Origin: Octopus bimaculoides
Taxonomy: Eukaryota
Direction: 5' to 3'
Assembly (NCBI RefSeq): GCF_001194135.2
Contig: NC_068995.1
Span: forward strand, 21,520,215 to 21,568,595
Length of the DNA stretch: 48,381 bases
Shown: positions 25,396 through 37,194 of the stretch, in pieces
How positions within the stretch are numbered: position 1 is the stretch's first letter
Layout of the letters: each line of letters begins with the position of its first letter
Program-made: the position numbers and the translations under genes
Notes under the pieces: model-generated
Seen by the model: the letters and a program-made list of their open reading frames with translations, nothing else
Database searches by the model: none
What the model was told of the DNA's origin: nothing

Positions 25396-25890
25396 TGTAT
25401 TAATAACACAAGAATTTTGGTTTCCCAATAAACGGTATATTTAAAATTTCATATAGGTGAAAGAAAAGAACAGGAAAATCTGGGCCTCAGCGGGGCGGAA
25501 TATTAAGGGTAAATATTCTACTTTATATGTTACTGTATGTAATATAATATTTTACGAAAAGTAAAATACTCACACATCCACACCAGGCATAAAGGTATAG
25601 AAACCGCACACAAACAAATATAAACCACGCACACCCTCGTTTGCACACTTACAAGCACATACACTCACACACACGTGTGCACATATATACACACTCACAC
25701 ACATATGCATATGTAAAACACTTTATTTGTGCATATTTGTTTACATAGACACAATGATGCAAAGAAACAAATAAAATTATGCGTTCGAAATACTAAATAT
25801 ATATCCATGTATACATATAAACAGAGAAAATGCAAAAGCTGAAAATTTTCTGATGATGAATATTCTTGTATAAATATATATATATATATA

Positions 25891-26105
25891 TATCCGGTCA
25901 TCACCATGATCGACCGCTATCCACTCAGCTTTTTTTATTATTCTCTCTGTGTTTATTTTCTCGTGCAACTTTCTGTTGAAGAGCGTAGACTTACGTAAAG
26001 GACTTTCTCACCTTTCCGACCGTTAAACTAATACACCTGTGTGTAGTTTACACACCTGTTTTCGTATTTTGTTTTGTTTTTTGTTTTGTAAATTCTAACT
26101 ATATA
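25891..26105 (+). mobile_element. Probable Penelope-like terminal repeat remnant
   Basis: CTTTCTGTTGAAGAGCGTAGACTTACGTAAAGGACTTTCTCAC...GTTAAACTAATACA resembles a common octopus repeat end I recall. The family assignment is from memory only. Confidence 0.4.
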
Positions 26106-26240
26106 TATTTATATATTAACAGAGCAAACTTACACAGAGTGGAAAAACATCCGATAGATGTTTCTGGAGGCTCAGAGTCATTTCATAAAGTTGGCAGATG
26201 TAGTTCACAAAAATATGTAACTAGTAATGGAAGTGTATAT

Positions 26241-27096
26241 ACATTGGATAGATCCGGCCTCTGCCTTTAGAGTAGAGAGATAAAAATCTGACAGTTCCGA
26301 TAATGATACATGGAAATTTAAAGGTAGAATGGGTGAAGAGGATGGTAAGAAGTTGTGTACAGAAGAAATAGAAAGTTGGATGGGGGGGGGGTGAGGAGGT
26401 TTGAAGGAAGGGAGGGCAAGAAGAGACAAGAGAGTCAGTTTAAGAAGATGGAAGGGAAGAGTGATCAGGACAATGAGAGTGGTTGTAGAAAAGGAGAGGT
26501 AGGAGGTAATTGTGACCTGTGGGATGGGTAGTATTTGAAGAGTAGTCCTTGTTGTTATAAATCGATGCCAAAATTTAGGGATGGTAAAGCTATAAAACTA
26601 AGGCAAATCGAGATACTCAGAAAAAAAGGGGAAAGGATGCAGTTAAAGATGCTAGTATGTGGTGAAGGAAGAATTGGAAGAATGAAGGTGGGTTGGCGGT
26701 AGAGGGAGAGTACTGAGGAATGTACAAGTGTATGAGAGTAACGAGAGGAAGGTGGACAGAGAGGGAGACAGGGATGGATAAAATTGGTAGCACAGTTGTA
26801 GGTAATACTAAGTAGTTATGGTTTAAGGGAAGTTAGAGCGAGGTGGGGAAAAATTCAAAATATGATGATGGGATGGCTGCAACTGGAAATGTGCTTGTTA
26901 AGAAGAAGGTACAAAGGTAACCTTAAAAAGGAACGTTAGATCTTAGTCGGGCTAGCAACATACCCCTTCCGCAAATACCACCCTTTCTGCTAAAGATTTC
27001 TTCACCACTCCATCTTTAAATTTCCTTACGTCATGATCTGAAATGTCAGATTTTCACCTCTCCATCCTGATGACAGAGGCCGAATCTATCCTATGT
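26241..27096. repeat. Inverted repeat (arms ~26241-26339 and ~26999-27096) around a purine-rich spacer, probably Penelope-like
   Basis: GGATAGATCCGGCCTCTG...AAAATCTGACA...GGAAATTTAAAG...GGTGAAGA matches the reverse complement of 26999-27091 at roughly three-quarters identity (estimated by eye). Confidence 0.75.
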
Positions 27097-28107
27097 TTAT
27101 TTAATTTCATTACTGGCTGCATATTTGGGTGAACTACATTTGTTAACATTACGAAGACGCTCCGAACCTCCAGAAACAGCTGTCGAGCCTTGTCTCTTTA
27201 ATTTTCTGTGTCTTTCTACTCTGTTTGCTCTGTTAATTTATGAATATTCATATATTTATACTTGAATATTCATCGTCTGAAAATATTCAGTCTTGACTTT
27301 CTCCCTATTTTCATGCAGTATAAATGTATATATATATTTTGCATACCAAACCCAAGCAATTTTATTTGCTTATTCACATAATTATCTCCATATCCGCTCG
27401 CCTGGATTCGTCTTATTGCCACTTTTTTACACTGCGGATTTGGTCGTCTATAAAGGCTTCGGAATGTAACTTTTCAGCGCTACTGTTTTCTACATCTCTG
27501 GATCTTATCTGTTGACTCTATTTGTTTACATACATATGTGTTACTGTATGCGTGTGTGTATGCGCATGTCTCTTTGTATCTCTGTGTTCTGTGTGTATGT
27601 ATAGTACGTGGGTGCGTTAAATGTAAACAGTGATTACAAACATAGCTGACGCATGCGCACAAATCCTCTATTCGGATTTGTTATCTCTGTTCATCTATCA
27701 TAAATGATGTTATAAAATTCTCTACGAAAATCCGATAGAACCTTATATTGAGATTTTTTTAATGTTTTTGTACTATAAAATAAACATAAACTGAAAGAAT
27801 ACACGCGAACACAAACACACGCATACACACACACACACACACACATATATAATCGCATTCGTATATTCACACATTCGTACGCAAGTATCTATATTCTTAT
27901 CGCGCTTTTAATATATTCGGTTTGCACTTGAATATTTAGATTATGTGTGTGTGCGTACGTGATTTTCTTTTTGTGCTTCCATGCCTTAAGATATGTATGA
28001 ATATATATCTGTATCTATCTATTTATCTGTATAAGCCTGTATCTATCTATTTATCTGTATGACGTATATACATATACGTCATACGCACACACGCATATAT
28101 ACATATA

Positions 28108-28270
28108 GGCATGGCTGTATGGAAAGAAGCTTGCTTGCTTCTTAACTAAATGGTTTGGGGTTCAGTCCCACTGCGTGACATTTTGGGCAAATGTCTTCTT
28201 CTATAGTCTCAGGACAACCAAAGTCTTGAGGCTGGATTTGATAGACAGAACCTGAAAGAAGCCCCTCGTA
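28108..28270 (+). mobile_element. tRNA-derived SINE, family 1, 5' half only
   Basis: GGCATGGCTGTATGG (A-box), GGGTTCAGTCCC (B-box), body to GAAAGAAGCCCCTCGTATA. Homology stops in the microsatellite linker. Confidence 0.85.
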
Positions 28271-29289
28271 TACATACACGCACACACACACACACGCATA
28301 TATGTATGTACAATAATAAGGGTGATTTGTTCACAATTTAGAAATATATACGTCACTAATGTGACTAAGGGCACTCGTCAGCAGCAGCACTGTTAGAAAT
28401 AAGAGTTAAAACAACTCATAGCAACAAGAAGCGCCTAATCTTAATGACTGACGACGGAAAGTCAGCGTTTGATTTCTCCGATAAACTTATAAACAGACAA
28501 GGCGAGTTGAGTTTAACCCAAGGCGCTAGATGAGAGTCACTGGAGAGCATTAATATAAATGCGAAATAACTGTGATCTGGCTATGCCTAGGCACTGAGGG
28601 ATCTTGCTCCATATCTGCCCAGTATTTCCCCTGTCGTGGTGCTTTTACATTTTTATATCATATGAAAGACATTTTCTTCACGGTAACTGCTGTGAATTCT
28701 CATTCAGAAGTTAAAATATGTCAGAAATATATTTTAATTAACCTAAAGTTTGTTTATTCCTAATCACTGCTTGGCCCTGGTGCTGTTGGTCGAATAGCGC
28801 AACTCAGTCACTGATTTTGAGTTTTTTTTTAGTTAAAGCTACGTCTTAGACTCTATCCAGGATTATCTCTCTGATATATTTTCCATTGAGGAACGCTAAA
28901 ATGCCAAGAATGGTCGTCTGGGAATCCGAGAATGAGAGGCAATTGGGAGATATGTTGTTTTTACACTTTTTTATCATAAGAGAGACACTTTTTCTCCATG
29001 GTAATTGCAACGCCTTTAGAATTTAAAAATAAGTCGCAAACATGTTTCAACTACCCTAATGTTAATTCATTCACTGCGTGGTGCTGATGTAGTCCTTCAT
29101 TTATACATACATACATTCATGCATACATACATACATACATACGTACATACATACATAGATATATACATACTTGAACACACACACACACACACATACACAC
29201 ACACACACACACTCACAAACACAAGTACATACATACGTACATATATAGAGACATACATCCATACATACATTTGAGTGTGGTGTATAATC

Positions 29290-29741
29290 ATAAGGATTAT
29301 AAAAATCTGGAAGAAACGAAGGACAGAAAGGATGCACCGTAGAGGTCAGACTCTTCAATAGGACTCATCTGCATACGCTCTCGTACGCGAGTGAAACGTG
29401 GACTACAACGAAGAGACAAGGAGATCAATTCGCAACGATAAAATATCCATGCTAGAAACATCATTAAGATATACGAAATGGGGTAGCAGTGGGGTCACAT
29501 AATACCGAAAGTACAATTTGCGCTCGGCCGAAAATGTAGCAAGGTTGACAGATAGTAGGTGGTCTCATGCATTTGCCTAATGGTATCCAAGAGATCGGGA
29601 AAACAAAAACCTCCAGCATGAACGAAAGAATTTGGTAAATGATTTGGGCAAAGATGGAAATGAATGACGCAACCAAGCTGGGGGCAGATTGTGACAACCA
29701 GTGTTAAACAACCGCCGATAGATTCGTCGATAGTGATACAG
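29290..29741 (+). mobile_element. RTE-clade LINE, 3' fragment
   Basis: Translates to RLFNRTHLHTLSYASETWTTTKR and NVARLTDSRWSHAFA*WYPRDRE. These match RTE ORF2 C-terminal motifs (LYGSETW; HVAR..D.RW...WYPR). It ends in a short GTGATA-type repeat tail. Confidence 0.8.
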
Positions 29742-29755
29742 TGATATACATACAT

Positions 29756-29836
<81 letters not shown>

Positions 29837-31132
29837 AGAGAGAGAGAGTGATTGATTGATTGAAGTGATTTACACATTATATATTCACATGTATATATAA
29901 ATGTATGTGTGTGTGTTTATATATATAGACACATCTATATATGTATGTATATACATAATACATACATACATGTAAGTACATCAGTAGAATACCCGTCGGT
30001 TGCTTACGTTGAATACCAGCTACATTTCATCTCTTACCCGCTGATGCAGTAGACCCCAGTAGGATATTTTACTTTCCGCACAGCCAGTTGTGGATTAAGT
30101 ATTAATGTTGTGAATTAAATAATGCATTTGATTGCAATTCCTTTGGTCTCTTAGGAATTTAGGGTGTAATAATTGTTCCCATGGTCTCATTTCTGCCAAA
30201 AACTAAAGAATATCTCCACAATCTTTTTGATTTTAAATGGCCGTGCAGCTCATTTCAAAAAAGTCAGCTCTAATGCTCGCAACCAATTTGAAAGTAATAT
30301 CTGTGTTCTAAAGAGATGGCTATTTAATGTAGGCATGGATTTTATTTGCTTTTGCTCTGTTTGCGATTATCAGCATCAATTTCAACCCCAAATTAACATT
30401 ACTAAAGTAAAATATATCAATAGTAAATGTATTCACGACAACGTCAAATTAAACATTTAAAGCATCGCGAAATTAGAACAGCAAACCTACATTCTGTCAT
30501 GAAGTGACTTGAAAGTGAAATTAGCTTGGAAGTTCAATCAATACAAACAGTACGCTGTTTAACCATTCTCAAACTCATCAAAACTCAGCATTTTGAGAGT
30601 ACTATCACGACTAGAAGCGAGATTAATGCCAAAACATTATGAAAGCTGAGAAATCTTTTATGCTATGACAAGTTCAACTGAATCAATGAGGAGGGTGACT
30701 ATTTATTCGACGAGCGTAAAGGAAGTTAAAATTGTGGGGAGGTAACGGATTACGTGGAAATCTTTCAAATCAGCGGCCATCATGGTCCCAGGTTTTAGAG
30801 AGAAGCCGTCTAAAAATCATCATTAATGAATGATATCATTATGGGTAGACATTAGGAAAGATATAATAGATAAGAATTTTAAGGAATTTAGATGCAACAT
30901 AACATTTCCTACTAATTTAATGATAGCCAACTTCCTAGACACAACAATACTTTAGCAGGAAGCTGAATCAAAACATCATTTATGTCCATAAAAATTTGAA
31001 CATACCGACGGCCGTAATTAGAAATATAGTGACCCGTATTAATCAATAAACACCTACATATGCCTCACACAATATTCCAAATTATGTCTGGCGGTTTTGG
31101 CGTATACACACACACACTCAGATATATTATAT

Positions 31133-31171
<39 letters not shown>

Positions 31172-32139
31172 ATATAGATACACACAAAAACACATATATA
31201 TATGCATATAAATATACATATATATACATATATATATATATATNNNNNNNNNNNNNNNNNNNNNNNNNNNNNNNNNNNNNNNNNNNNNNNNNNNNNNNNN
31301 NNNNNNNNNNNNNNNNNNNNNNNNNNNNNNNNNNNNNNNNNNNNNNNNNNNNNNNNNNNNNNNNNNNNNNNNNNNNNNNNNNNNNNNNNNNNNNNNNNNN
31401 NNNNNNNNNNNNNNNNNNNNNNNNNNNNNNNNNNNNNNNNNNNNNNNNNNNNNNNNNNNNNNNNNNNNNNNNNNNNNNNNNNNNNNNNNNNNNNNNNNNN
31501 NNNNNNNNNNNNNNNNNNNNNNNNNNNNNNNNNNNNNNNNNNNNNNNNNNNNNNNNNNNNNNNNNNNNNNNNNNNNNNNNNNNNNNNNNNNNNNNNNNNN
31601 NNNNNNNNNNNNNNNNNNNNNNNNNNNNNNNNNNNNNNNNNNNNNNNNNNNNNNNNNNNNNNNNNNNNNNNNNNNNNNNNNNNNNNNNNNNNNNNNNNNN
31701 NNNNNNNNNNNNNNNNNNNNNNNNNNNNNNNNNNNNNNNNNNNNNNNNNNNNNNNNNNNNNNNNNNNNNNNNNNNNNNNNNNNNNNNNNNNNNNNNNNNN
31801 NNNNNNNNNNNNNNNNNNNNNNNNNNNNNNNNNNNNNNNNNNNNNNNNNNNNNNNNNTATCCCTCCAATTAGATTTTAAATTCTTGTTTGATTCACTTGT
31901 CTGTGGAACAGCAGCATAGTCGAGATGACATGTTTTCTTCTCTTACTCTTGTTTTTTGCAAACATCCTCAAAATGACTTTCTAAAATGAAATTCCATTAT
32001 GCAGCTGAGGAGTACATTTTCATTGTACATTCTGTGGTATTCTCACCACATGAATAAATGGAGCTTGTACTAAACGTACGTACTGCTATAACCTATTGAA
32101 TTGTTGTTGCTTATCTTGAAATATATACACATTCATATG

Positions 32140-32177
<38 letters not shown>

Positions 32178-32180
<3 letters not shown>

Positions 32181-33400
32181 GGTGCCCCCAAAAATGTATG
32201 TACATTTTAAGTAATTATAAACTAGGTCTTTATTAAAACATATTCCGTCTTCAAAATTATTTTATTGTTTTGTCAACGCCTGGATTTCAAACTGACGTCT
32301 GTTCTGGTCCAGGCAATGACAACAAGAAGCAATGGAATCGCAAACATCACGAAGCAATTCATTTGGTATTTGTGTGCATTCTCATTCAATGGCTGCTCAA
32401 ATCAGCGACTTTCAGGTTTCATAGCGTAGACTTTGTCGTTTAGATATCCTCATAAAATGTCTAGTGGTGTGATGTCTGGTGAACGCAGAGAGTATTCAAC
32501 AAAACCCCTTCACCCAATCCCCTTGATTGGCAAGATTTCATCAAAGAAGGATCTAACATCGGGATGGTAGTTCCGGAGTGCCCCATCCTGCTGAAAATAA
32601 AACACCTCATCTTCAAAGTCTTATTTAATGATTGGCATGAATGATTGTTGCAGCAAGTTCAAATAAACAGGAACACTCATAGTAGCGTCAAAAAAGAATG
32701 GTCCAATTAATCCTCTTGATGATAAGCCACGCAACATTGTAACTCCTCGTAATTTAACATGGTGGAACACCATTACATATTGAATCTCAGGTCCCCACTA
32801 GGTGCAGCTGAGGAAGCTAATTGAGCTATTTATTTTGAATGTGGCCTCATCACTCCTCGCAATGTATATGTGTTGGAAAATGTGCATCTTCTACACGTCG
32901 TGCCAAGTACAACTCGCAATATTGCACTCTTCTGTCTGGATCATCTTCAAATGGACTCATCGTGAAATGTAACTTTTCCATTGACAACGCTCCAAAATGC
33001 GTTGGACTGACGATTTTGAAATACCTGCCCCACGATTCACTTGTCGCACAGATTTTCATGGACTTTGGTGATACGTTTCCAGCACTTCTTACTTAGTTGG
33101 GTTGTCGATGTTCGTGGTTTTCCGGAACGCTTCTCGTGGACATTCTGAACAGTTCCTTCGGTTTGAAACTTGTCTCTAATTCGAGTGATTTTGAAACTCC
33201 CTCGTTTGAAACTCCCTCCGAAACTGTCTTTGCACTTAAACTACGTTTTCACACTTGCAGTAGCATTTTGGAAAGGATTTCTTTTGTTGAAAGTTTAGTC
33301 AGACTGCCATCATTAATTCCAAGAATAGGAAAGTCTTTCATGTTTCAAGCCTCCGGTCTTCGACTGTAAGGCTTAAGACTAAAAGAAGGAAGAGAGAACG
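32178..33400 (-). mobile_element. Decayed Tc1/mariner DNA transposon, DD41D (rosa/Visitor-type) transposase
   Basis: Minus-strand translation gives SDEATF (D at 32849-32851), FQQDGA (D at 32585-32587) and RSPDITPLD (D at 32459-32461), with 41 residues between the 2nd and 3rd D. An N-terminal HTH-like region (VQRQFRREF, RDKFQTEGTVQNVHEKRSG) is present. A TIR-like end TA|CATGGTGCCCCCAAAAATGTATGTACATTTT lies at 32178. Many stops and frameshifts; the other TIR was not found, so the right boundary is approximate. Confidence 0.88.
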
Positions 33401-33552
33401 AAAAAATGCAGTCAGGGAAATAGGTGTAGGGAATAACGGTTCAGCACACACGTGCACACACACNNNNNNNNNNNNNNNNNNNNNNNNNNNNNNNNNNNNN
33501 NNNNNNNNNNNNNNNNNNNNNNNNNNNNNNNNNNNNNNNNNNNNNNNNNNNN

Positions 33553-33591
<39 letters not shown>

Positions 33592-33655
33592 GAGCAAACA
33601 TACATATTATACATACAATACATAAACACACACACAAGCATTCACATATATATCT

Positions 33656-33696
<41 letters not shown>

Positions 33697-34399
33697 TGAA
33701 TGTATGCATGCATATATGTATATTTGTATGTTCGTATGACTGGATGGATCAATGGATGGCTGGATGGATATGAATTTACATACAATGGACAATACAAAAG
33801 ACAACACTGCTAGTACAAAACTAAGAGATGTGGAAAGAGTGAGTAAGAGCGTAAGAACAGTTATGTATTTGCAAGTATAGGAGTGTATTCATGGCTTGAA
33901 GAAGGCATATAGTGGAGTGGTGTACTTTGCTTGAATGTGTTATATCTGCGGATGAATATTTGCGCAGTTTAGTGGGAATATGAGATGCTCGCGCGTCTTT
34001 GTGCGTGTGTCTGTGTATGCATGTGTGTGTTTGTGTGCGTATGTGTATGAGTTTGCGTCTGTATTGTGAAGTACATCTGATTAAGGTGTGGGTATGATGT
34101 GGCGGGAGCAGGCGTGAGTATAACGTAAACGGAACGTAGCATGAAGGTGAGGAGCGATTTTAAATGGAAGGACGTCTTGAATTAAAATAATAAAGCAATG
34201 ACAAAATGTAGGAGTTCTACGAGAGAAGAAACGTCAAAAACTTGCAAAACACTGGTTGGACAAAAGAAAAACATTGCTATGAATCCTGTGAAGACAAGGA
34301 AAGTGTAAAACAGAAATACCTTAGATTCACATTCCTTTCCAAACTGTCCCTTTCCTGACGGCTGAAACAACGCTTCTTCCTTCAATCGGATGAGCAGTT

Positions 34400-34525
34400 T
34401 TACGCTACAGTAACTTCGTGTCACAAATGTCATTTTAGACAATCAAGCTCGTTGGACTGGACATTTGTAAGGTATGGTGAAATTCATACACTACGTAGTA
34501 AATGCCTAGTCGTATTATACAGCTA
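34400..34525 (+). mobile_element. Short RTE-like LINE fragment
   Basis: Translates to VTNVILDNQARWTGHL followed by a frameshifted RM, resembling the RTE motif QLRW.GHV.RM. Confidence 0.5.
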
Positions 34526-35460
34526 AAATAATTCACTCTCTTCTTATTTACCTTGGTAATACTTTCTTAGGAAGGATTTTGACACCTGTATTTTAAAGAT
34601 AATCATCAGTATATTCATTAATACTGATGTATTCCAAAAACTCACCCCGAAGGGGAAGATCTTCATTAGATAAATGCATAGAAATGTAGTACCTAGTGTC
34701 TTGACCATTGATATTAGATAATGTGTCATCGATTTTAGTGAGAAATTGAAATATTCCACTAAATAGTTATGGGATGCAGGTTTAAATAAACGAGGTAAGG
34801 AATAAGACCAATGCATGACCCTGTTACCAAGAAAGGAATAGTTCTTAAGACAAACACATTCAGAGTTCTGATATTTTGGCAGCATAATACAAACTAGACC
34901 AGAAAATTTACAAGATGGGTCTCAATGGCGACTATAGTATTTGGATGAATAAGATACACGTCATACAACATGTGAGAGATCAGTCTGAGAATCAAGCTTA
35001 AACTATACAACGTCTTTATATTGTAAATAGACATACATACATCTGCACGAACATATGCAAACATGTATGTAAATATACACGCCCACATATGTAGATATTT
35101 ATATTTACATATACACACACCTGATTATAGGCATATATGTGTGTGTATAAACCTATATATGTTTATATATATTTGTGCATATATATATATATATACGCTG
35201 CAATTGTTTATATATATATATATATATATATATATNNNNNNNNNNNNNNNNNNNNNNNNNNNNNNNNNNNNNNNNNNNNNNNNNNNNNNNNNNNNNNNNN
35301 NNNNNNNNNNNNNNNNNNNNNNNNNNNNNNNNNNNNNNNNNNNNNNNNNNNNNNNNNNNNNNNNNNNNNNNNNNNNNNNNNNNNNNNNNNNNNNNNNNNN
35401 NNNNNNNNNNNNNNNNNNNNNNNNNNNNNNNNNNNNNNNNNNNNNNNNNNNNNNNNNNNN

Positions 35461-35498
<38 letters not shown>

Positions 35499-36141
35499 AT
35501 CAGATGAATATAAATACACAGACACACACACACAGACACTCGCACGCACATAAGCATACATACGTACGCTGTCTGATTCACTTGCTTTTCTTGGATGGTG
35601 CTTATATCTTTGTCTATAATGTAAATTTTATCACCAAATTACGTCTGATATTATTATTTTTTTTTTCTACCAGATGTTAATGTGCTGATGTGTCTGACAC
35701 TGGTTTCTCTTCAGATCAAAATCATTTTGATGTATTTCAAAATTCTTTAAGATATATCTTGTTTCATGCATGCAAAATATTCCTCTAACACATTTGAATA
35801 TAATTATGAGGCCCAGTCATCTGTTGTATAGATCTCACTCGGGTTATTTTCCGTCAGTGGTCTGTGTTACATGCGGAAACTGGTCTGATGGTAAAAGTTT
35901 GAAATTACTTTCCAAATTAAATTTTGTTTTGTGTTATCTTTCGTTATTTTATCACTTCAGCGGACTGTAAATATTATATTGCAACTATGTATAGCAAAGC
36001 AGGAACTTTAATAAACCAGAGGTAGATGATTCAACGTAGCAATATATGATAAAGAAAATGTTCCATACTCATCATATTATTGCTATTGCGACCATTGTGT
36101 TGTTGCTGTTGCTGCTGCTACTGTGACTACTACTGGTGCTG

Positions 36142-36174
<33 letters not shown>

Positions 36175-36222
36175 TTTTTGCTGATATTCTTGTTGTTGTT
36201 GTCGTTGTTGTTGTAGTTGTTA

Positions 36223-36440
36223 AAGCAGCGAACTGGCAGAATAATTAGCAAGCCGGACAAAATTCTTAGCGGTATTTTCCCTGTCCTTACGTTCTGAGTT
36301 CAAATTCCGCCGAGGTTGATTTTGCCTTTCAACATTTCGGAGTCGATAAAATAAGTATCAAGTGTGCTCTGGGGTCGATGTAATCGACTAACCGCTTCCC
36401 ATCAAATTTCAGGCGTTGTGTCTATAGTAGAAAAGATTAT
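36223..36440 (+). mobile_element. tRNA-derived SINE, family 2, full length
   Basis: CTGGCAGAAT (A-box-like), GAGTTCAAATTCC (B-box), GTCGATAAAATAAGTA, CTGGGGTCGATGTAATCGACT, ending ATAGTAGAAAAGATTATT into a trinucleotide tail. Confidence 0.9.
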
Positions 36441-36455
36441 TGTTGTTGCTGCTGT

Positions 36456-36460
36456 TGTTG

Positions 36461-36536
<76 letters not shown>

Positions 36537-36870
36537 CGTTGTTATTATCATTATTATTATCATCATCATCATTATGGAGTGAGAGAGCAGTGCATCGCAT
36601 CAATGCGATACTGGGGTAAAATATACGAAGCTTAATATACCCATCATGATTACCTGTCTGATAAGGGTACACTAGGCTTATACATCACAACCATATGTGT
36701 CCGACATTGTGATCTCATATCAAGATAAACAACGCATGACCTAGAGGTGGGACCCTGTTAGAATTTTCTTTAGGTTGAGTAGCTCGTCCCACTCAAAATG
36801 TCTTTGAATAAGGCTTGCTAGAGGTGAATTATTCTAACTCCAAAGAATTCCACTCAACACATGGTTAATC
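36456..36870 (-). mobile_element. Retroposon 3' end with (AAT)n tail, family unassigned
   Basis: On the minus strand a unique body ends ...GCACTGCTCTCTCACTCCA directly followed by an (AAT/GAT)n array (36456-36573). It resembles an abundant octopus repeat from memory. Confidence 0.5.
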
Positions 36871-37194
36871 TATGTTAACTGAAATTTTCAAGAAGTAAAA
36901 TGATAATACATTGTACCAGCAAAAGTTCTTGTAAAAATATTACATTGCATCGCGAAAGTTTCTAAATAGGCTTCGTATACCCTGATCCTTATTACTCACA
37001 TAAATTGAAAAAGGGATGTTTTGTTAATACGATGGAATAGCATGCGAGGTTTGAATTTTTGATAAAGAGCTGTTTTTATTAAAATAACTAAAATATGGTG
37101 ACAGGATTCTTTGGTAGCGACATGTAAGCACCCGCGGATACTGCATGGAAAATAAATTATTTGAAATGTTATTTGAAAAAAAAAATCTCCATAA

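Noticed and set aside
29983-30015. Degenerate Helitron-like 3' end on the minus strand
   Set aside because: The hairpin and CTAG are both corrupted and no further homology is visible.
35673-35890. Strong plus-strand acceptors (TTTTCTACCAG, TCTCTTCAG) with a weak donor at ~35890
   Set aside because: All frames from the acceptors hit stops; could only be UTR, which is unsupported.
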